Origin: Eledone cirrhosa
Lineage: Eukaryota
DNA: 64,000 bases
Direction of reading: 5' to 3'
Assembly (NCBI GenBank): GCA_964016885.1
Contig: OZ024741.1
Coordinates: 33,542,001 to 33,606,000 of the forward strand
Shown here: positions 57,163 to 64,000 of the stretch, piece by piece
Layout: each line of letters starts with the position of its first letter
Position numbering within the stretch: position 1 is the first letter of the stretch
Translations under genes and position numbers: made by a program
The notes under the pieces: generated by a model
What the model was told of the DNA's origin: nothing
Databases searched by the model: none
The model's input: the letters and a program-made list of their open reading frames with translations, nothing else

Positions 57163-58195
57163 TCAATGGGACCCATGAGCTTCATGGAGTCTAGCTAACT
57201 CTTTGACGCCAGGCTGGATTTTCGTAAAACATAGCTGGAGATTTCCATGTGTAATTACATTGTAGCGGTTGCGAGCCTTACTGTGAAGTCTGGAAACAGC
57301 GCCAAACCCCCCTCTCGACTTGAGCTTGGAAAAAGCAGAGCAAATCTCTTAGCCTCTGCATGTAGGTGTGGAAATCGACGCTGAATTTCCTCTTGCATCC
57401 TAAAATCTAATTTTGATCATGTCATCTGCTTGAAGTTCAATGAATTCTTCCTGAAATATAACGTCCAAATCATCGACGTTAGCTATGAATGGATCTGCTA
57501 TCCACATTGGGATGACCATCTGCAAAAGGTCGACAAACCGTTCTCTCATGTTGTCTTGTAACGCACGGAAGTGAGTGGTATAAATTTGGAGTTGGTCATC
57601 GCTTACAATGTTTTGAACATTGGCAACACTAGGAAAATTATAGAATTCCCGTCAACAAAGATTCCTTTCGGTGACATTCAATTTGGCCAGGAATGTTTTC
57701 ACAGTATTACTTGCTTTAAGCAAGGTGATCTTCTTCCCTTGCAAAGCCAAAATGACGCTATTACATTTGTCGAAGATGTTGGTGAGGTAGGCGCAGTTTT
57801 GCCTCACATCTAGGGTTTACTTGTACAGTTCTGTGTTGCATTCTCGCAGAAACTCAATGATAGAGTCGAAGAGTTCAAAGAAGTGAGTAAGGCACTTGCC
57901 CTTTGAAAGCCACCTCACTTCAGTATGAAGGAGCAATTTGACAAATTCTTCGTCATTATCTTGGCACAGTTCCCGGAAAATTCGTTCATTGAGGGAATGC
58001 CGTTTGATAAAATTGATGACATCAATGGCCACCTGCAAGGACTTGCTCAGCGGCTCGCTGAGTTTCTTCGCAGCCAAGTGTTGTCGATGAATGACACAAT
58101 GAACAGCAAATACAGATAGATTTTCTCTCTTCAGAAGAGTGACGAAACCCTTATGTTGGCCGGCCATTGCTCTTGCATCGTCCGTAGCACGATAC
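57163..58195 (-). pseudogene. hAT (Buster/Charlie, SCAND3/ZBED5-like) transposase remnant, C-terminal half
   Basis: ATDDARAMAG, HCVIHRQHL, LLLHTEVRWLSKG, YLTNIF, ending ..HGSH*; frameshifted and truncated at the 40-bp minisatellite. Confidence 0.88.
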
Positions 58196-58199
58196 AATG

Positions 58200-58912
58200 T
58201 GTGTTGTATGTGGTCTTAGATGTGTGTATTACCCCCTTATGTGTTTCATGTGGTCCTAGATATATGTATTACCTGCTGATATGCTGTATGTCGTCCTAGA
58301 TATATGTATTACATGCTGGTGTGTTGTATGTGGTCCTAGATGTGTGTGCTACCTCATTATGTGTTGTATGTGGTCTTAGATGTGTGTATTACCTCCTTAT
58401 GTGTTGCATGTGGTCCTAGATATATGTATTACCTGCTGATGTGTTGTATGTGGTCCTAGATATATGTATTACATGCTGGTGTGTTGTATGTGGTCCTAGA
58501 TGTGTGTGCTACCTCCTTATGTGTTGCATGTGGTCCTAGATATATGTATTACCTGCTGGTGTGTTGTATGTGGTCCTAGATATATGTATTACCTGCTTGT
58601 ATGTTGTATGTGGTCCTAGATGTGTGTGCTACCTCCTTATGTGTTGTATGTGGTCTTAGATGTTTGTATTACCTGATTATGTGTTGTATGTGGTCCTAGA
58701 TGTATGTATTACCTGCTGATGTGTTGTATGTGGTCCTAGATGTATGTATTACCTTCCTGTGTGTTGTATGTAGTCCTAGATGTGTGTATTACCCCCTTAT
58801 GTGTTTCATGTGGTCCTAGATATATGTATTACCTGCTGGTGTGTTGTATGTGGTCCTAGATGTGTGTATTATCTGATTGTGTTGTATGTGGTCCTAAATG
58901 TGTGTGCTACCC
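58200..58912. repeat. 40-bp minisatellite x about 18 with variable unit ends
   Basis: GTGTTGTATGTGGTCCTAGATRTRTGTATTACCTSCTKRT. Confidence 0.95.
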
Positions 58913-59550
58913 GCTTCTGTGTTTTTTCTTTTCTTTTTTTATTTGTAATATTATTTATACAATAGGGAATAAAATAGATCTACATAGTGTTAACTCGTTA
59001 CGGTTGAGTCAATAATTTCAGACATGAAATACATTGTTATCGGTGAAGGAAAGATAAGATTCTAACTGGCTGCGCTCAAAGTGTTCTTGACCCAGTTGAC
59101 TGTGGGTTTTTCCATTTTTAGGATCTCAATTGCCGGTTAATGTCTAGACACGCCTGCACACCTGCTCACAGCTGCGGTCAGACCATAGTTATGATGTCTG
59201 CATGCTCATTCAAATGCCTTCACACTGGCTGTCTCAAAGACATACAAATATGGGCTAGAAATAACAGCTAACATCAACACAACTACCATCACCACAACCA
59301 TCACTACCATCACCACCACCATCACCACCACCGTCACCACTACCACCACTACCATCACCACAACCACCACACCACACCATAACACCACAACACTACACCA
59401 CCACCTCCACTATCATCATCATAGTAATCAACAGTACACCATATTATACGCTATACTACACCTCACCACAGCCATAGCTTATACCCAACCTCACACCACC
59501 ACGACGACCACCACCACCACCATCATCATCATCATTATCACAGTAATCTC

Positions 59551-59938
59551 CACCACACCACAGTTGATATTCCACCCTATTACGCTACACTACACCACAC
59601 CACAGTTGATATTCCACCCTATTACGCTACACTACACCACACCACAGTTGATATTCCACCCTATTACGCTACACTACACCACACCACAGTTTATATTCCA
59701 CCCTATTACGCTACACTACACCACACCACAGTTGATATTCCACCCTATTACGCTACACTACACCACACCACAGTTTATATTCCACCCTATTACGCTACAC
59801 TACACCACACCACAGTTTATATTCCACCCTATTACGCTACACTACACCACACCACAGTTGATATTCCACCCTATTACGCTACACTACACCACACCACAGT
59901 TGATATTCCACCCTATTACGCTACACTACACCACACCA
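59551..59938. repeat. 42-bp minisatellite x9
   Basis: CACCACACCACAGTTKATATTCCACCCTATTACGCTACACTA. Confidence 0.95.
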
Positions 59939-60308
59939 TACATAACACCACCACACAGCAATATACACCATTACCACACGCCACACAACATACTACATTA
60001 TATACCACAGCGGAGCACATCACAACTCCACACCTCATTTCATCACACTTCACACTCGCCGCCGCCACCGCCATTATTGCCATTATCACCACCATCACAC
60101 AGTAATATACAACACACCATACCATACTACAGCATACTATATACTAAACCACACTACCACCACCACCACCACCACCACCCTTACTTCCAAGTGCTGGCAG
60201 TAAATATCTCAAATTTCTGATTCTATTTTGGTTTATGTCGTGCATTTTTAGTTTTGGTTGGTAAGAAGCCAGACACGACAGGATAGATAGATAGATAGAT
60301 AGATAGAT

Positions 60309-60402
<94 letters not shown>

Positions 60403-60509
60403 GCAGACAGAAATACAGACAGATAGGTACATAGATAGATAGACAGCCGGATAGATAGATAGATAGATAGATAGGTAGGTAGGTAGATAGATAGATAGAT
60501 AGATAGATA

Positions 60510-60836
60510 TATTTCTTTATTAGCCACAGGGGCACAAAAGAAGGGGACAAATACAAAGGGGGAAGTTTACATACAATAAAAACGTGTAAAATGTTATCAC
60601 AGATGGAATTTAAAAGTTAGTCGATTTTCCCCAATAGAGGGAGACAGTTTATATGGGTAACACAGACCCCCGAAAAAAATGTGCAACCCTCATCTCCAGG
60701 AGTACGAAGAGCTTGTACTCCTTTCCTCTCCTCCTCCTTTTCCTCAACCTACAGGCTGATATAGAGAGAAGGCCCATTCACTCGGGCCATTCTCGCCACT
60801 TTCACCCACCTTTCATAAAACTTGCTGGGGTACAGC
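60510..60836 (-). mobile_element. Tx1-clade LINE 3' end, second copy, within (GATA)n
   Basis: Aligns to 5462-5815 (GGCCCATTCAC.CGGGCCATTCTCGCCACTTTCACCCA); ATAG repeats on both sides. Confidence 0.85.
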
Positions 60837-61129
60837 ATAGATAGATAGATAGATAGATAGAGATGAAGAAGGAGAAAAGATAGAGAGAGAATGGAGGAAT
60901 GAATGAAGAAAGAAAGAAAGAAAGAAAGATAGACGACAGAGACAAAGGAAAACATAGGAAGGAATGGGTGGAAGGCAATAGAGAGAATCTTGAGGTAACG
61001 TAGGGAAGGAGAAATAAACATATTAATGAGAGAGGGGGAGGAAGGATTTGAGGGAAGGATATTAAGGTGTGGTGGCGCTGGGGTGGTGGGGGATATAAAG
61101 TATAAATATAGCAATGGGAGAAAACTTGA

Positions 61130-61490
61130 GAGACAGAGAGAGAGAGAGACAGACAGATGTAGAGAGACTGAGAGACAGACAGATGTAGAGAGACAGACAG
61201 ATGTAGAGAGACTGAGAGACAGACAGATGTAGAGAGACTGAGAGACATACAGACAGACAGATGTAGAGAGACTGAGAGACAGACAGGCAGACAGATGTAG
61301 AGAAACTGAGAGACAGACAGACAGATGTAGAGAGACTGAGAGACATACAGACAGACAGATGTAGAGAGACTGAGAGACAGACAGGCAGACAGACAGATGT
61401 AGAGAGACTGAGAGACAGACAGATGTAGAGAGACTGAGAGACAGACAGACAGATGTAGAGAGACAGACAGACACACAGGCAGACAGACAT
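61130..61490. repeat. GA-rich minisatellite (AGACAGATGTAGAGAGACTGAG core)
   Basis: Direct. Confidence 0.9.
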
Positions 61491-61719
61491 GATGAAGGGA
61501 AGTAATAAAAACATTTTTAGTACAATGAAGAAGAAAAACTTTAAAAAGAAAGAAAATGAGAAGAAAATAATGGTGAAGTAGGAAAGAGGGTGATAGAGAA
61601 TGTAATAAATATAGAGAGGGGGGGGGGTACATTTCAGAGAAAGAGAAAGAGGCGACAGATGAATAAAAAAGAAACAGAAAAATAAAACAAGAAAAGAAAG
61701 AAAGAAAACGTTTATGGCA

Positions 61720-62440
61720 ATAATAATTGTTTCTACTTCTCGGGACAAGGCCAGTAATTTGAAGAGAAGGGGAATGTTGATTAAATCGACCCCACTGCGT
61801 TACTTCCACCCAGGTTAGCTTTTCATCCTTACGGGGTCGATAAAATAAAGTACCAGTAATGCACTAGGGTTGATTTAATCGACTTTCTCCTCCCCTAAAA
61901 CTGCTGGCCTTGTGCCTAAATCAGAAACCATTATTTTATCGACTTCGTCACGATGAAAGTCAAAGCTAACCTCGGTGGGATTTGAACTCAGAATATAAAG
62001 GGCCAAAAGAAATATTAATAAGCATTTGTCCGGTGCTCTGACCCAAGCATAGGCAACCTTTTTCGAGCAATGGGTCACATAGGCTGTTTTTCATCATAAG
62101 GCGGGCCGCACTATTAAAAAAGAATTGAAGGCAATTTTGAAATTAGGCGTGCCATTTAGAAAGCCAAACGGGCCACATGCGGCTCGTGGGTCTCAGTTGC
62201 CCATGACTGCACGAACCCTTATGCCAATCCACTGCAAAGTTTACGGTTTCTAACATATGCATAAGGCGTGAAATATTTGGAGGAAGGGAAAGTCGGTTAA
62301 ATCGACTCCAGTACTAGACTGGTACTAAAGGATAAAAAGCAAAGTAAACCTCGGTGGAAGTTGAATTTGAAACGTAAAGAACTGTAACAAATACTGCACA
62401 ACATCTTATCCGACGCTCTAGCGATTCTGCCAATCCAGTT
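61720..62440. mobile_element. SINE A cluster with an embedded hAT-Charlie-like MITE (62044-62209)
   Basis: Four SINE pieces; MITE TIRs CAAGCATAGGCAAC / GTTGCCCATGACTG. Confidence 0.7.
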
Positions 62441-62560
62441 ATGTTGTATAATCGCTGAAATCACCATCACTCCAGATGACAACTAGTTAAGGGACTTCCA
62501 TTGTTTGTGGCTATTGTGCTTCATTACATTTTCTTATGTACTTATTTATCGTAAGTTTTC

Positions 62561-62655
<95 letters not shown>

Positions 62656-62720
62656 TAGGTGTGTGGCTACAGTTACAGGTGGCGCGCCGTTCGAATGTAT
62701 CTTTGCACATATAAACTCGC

Positions 62721-62805
62721 ATATCTGAGGAGATATCGAAGAAAAGTCTGGTTCCGTTATCTTGATTGTACCCTGAGCTGATCGTTATCGAAACAGTTAT
62801 AATAT
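62721..62805 (+). ncRNA. Hammerhead-like motif with about 58-nt stem II region
   Basis: atat-CTGAGGA-gata..tgagctgatcgt tatc-GAAA-cagtta-TA-atat, then AATAAA; stem III imperfect. Confidence 0.45.
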
Positions 62806-62867
62806 ACCAATAAAGTTTGAACATATGCTGCAACCACTGACTTCGATTCTACTTACTATATATATCT

Positions 62868-62947
62868 ATAGGATGTCTCAAAAGTTACAATCTATTTTGG
62901 TGTACTTATTGGCATTCAAAATAGATAGTGACTGTTGAGACACCCTG
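62868..62947. mobile_element. Tiny Tc1-like MITE hairpin
   Basis: TAGGATGTCTCAAAAGTTAC / GTGACTGTTGAGACACCCTG. Confidence 0.6.
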
Positions 62948-63834
62948 CGTATATGTATATATATATATAAAAATGGAGTGCTGCGTGGTTGCACATGGGT
63001 TACATATGAATAAAATTAGTCCTTCATCAGTGATCTTCCAACCTTCATTGGTATTTCATCGCTTTAAAAATCATATACCTCTGGTTGGTGCGAGCAATAA
63101 CTAAATAAAGTTATTGGAACAAGTAAAATAGGGTGAAACGAGCGAGACATGTAAACAAACAAAGATGGTATTGCAACGGAAAGATAGGAAGAGACAAGTA
63201 CATGATATCTGTAAGCTTAAGCTTGGTGAAATAGATAACAATTCCCAAATAGCCAAGACGAAAGAGTTAAGATGTGTTATCCTTCTATAAAGATGAGCAG
63301 AAAAATGTGTAGGGAAAAATGGTATAAAACTTGCTCAAGCCCCATTATATGTCTATATAGTATATCCTGAGCATTGACTCAAGAAATTGGGTATTAAACA
63401 TTTATTATGCTCATTCTTGCGTCATCAGAGAAGTTATATAGTGGTTCATTTTGTTTGTGTTGAGAAGTGTAAAGAGAAGTGATAGGGTGTAGTATCATTT
63501 CTAAAAAGGTAACTCTAGTAAGACCATGGTCTATTGGGATTTACCAAAGCTTTAAAGAAGTTACGTAACTTCTGGAATCTGTTGGTACGCTCTATGTTAC
63601 AGTTGGTGAAATTTTGAAGGTCATCAGTGAGGTGTAGGTTTCTTTAACCCCTGCAAATGTATATATGATATTGTGTAATTGTATATTAGTTTCTGCACCG
63701 TGCCTTTTAACTAGACTTTTTCACACGTAACAAGAATACAATACTACTTTTTGAAGACTTCATTACTTCATTCCGTAAATGTAAGGTTATTCTTATTAAC
63801 ACACACACATATATATGTATATGTATATATATAA

Positions 63835-63884
<50 letters not shown>

Positions 63885-63938
63885 TTACACAGAGGGTGCT
63901 GCTATACTCAATCTACAATATATATGTGTGTGTCTGTG

Positions 63939-63986
<48 letters not shown>

Positions 63987-64000
63987 TATAAACATACATA

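Noticed and set aside
62960-63800. Non-repetitive stretch possibly coding
   Set aside because: No sizeable ORF or recognisable motif on either strand.

Overview
This is a 64-kb AT-rich, microsatellite-dense eukaryotic window with a 200-N scaffold gap. Its repeat landscape most resembles a coleoid cephalopod such as Octopus; that assignment is inference, not shown by the sequence. No intact host protein-coding gene is visible, and almost all listed ORFs are low-complexity artefacts. Recognisable content is transposon debris: a near full-length R4/Dong-type LINE, RTE, Tx1 and CRE LINE fragments, hAT and Tc1/mariner transposase remnants, MITEs, a non-autonomous Helitron, about 25 tRNA-derived SINEs and several minisatellites. 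Two signals stand out. First, several families of short, non-coding (TA)n-embedded elements carry type I hammerhead-ribozyme motifs (canonical, UUGAAAA-core and long-stem-II variants). They are mostly arranged as near-perfect fold-back palindromes, and one shows a 175-nt terminally redundant unit; together they resemble Penelope pLTRs or retrozymes. Second, a strong polypyrimidine-CAG|GTAAGT junction at 43080/43081 is followed by a 35-nt cryptic exon and a second GTAAGT. This is the architecture of a recursive splice site, suggesting the window lies in a giant + strand intron. Coordinates were counted by eye and element edges may be off by a few bases.
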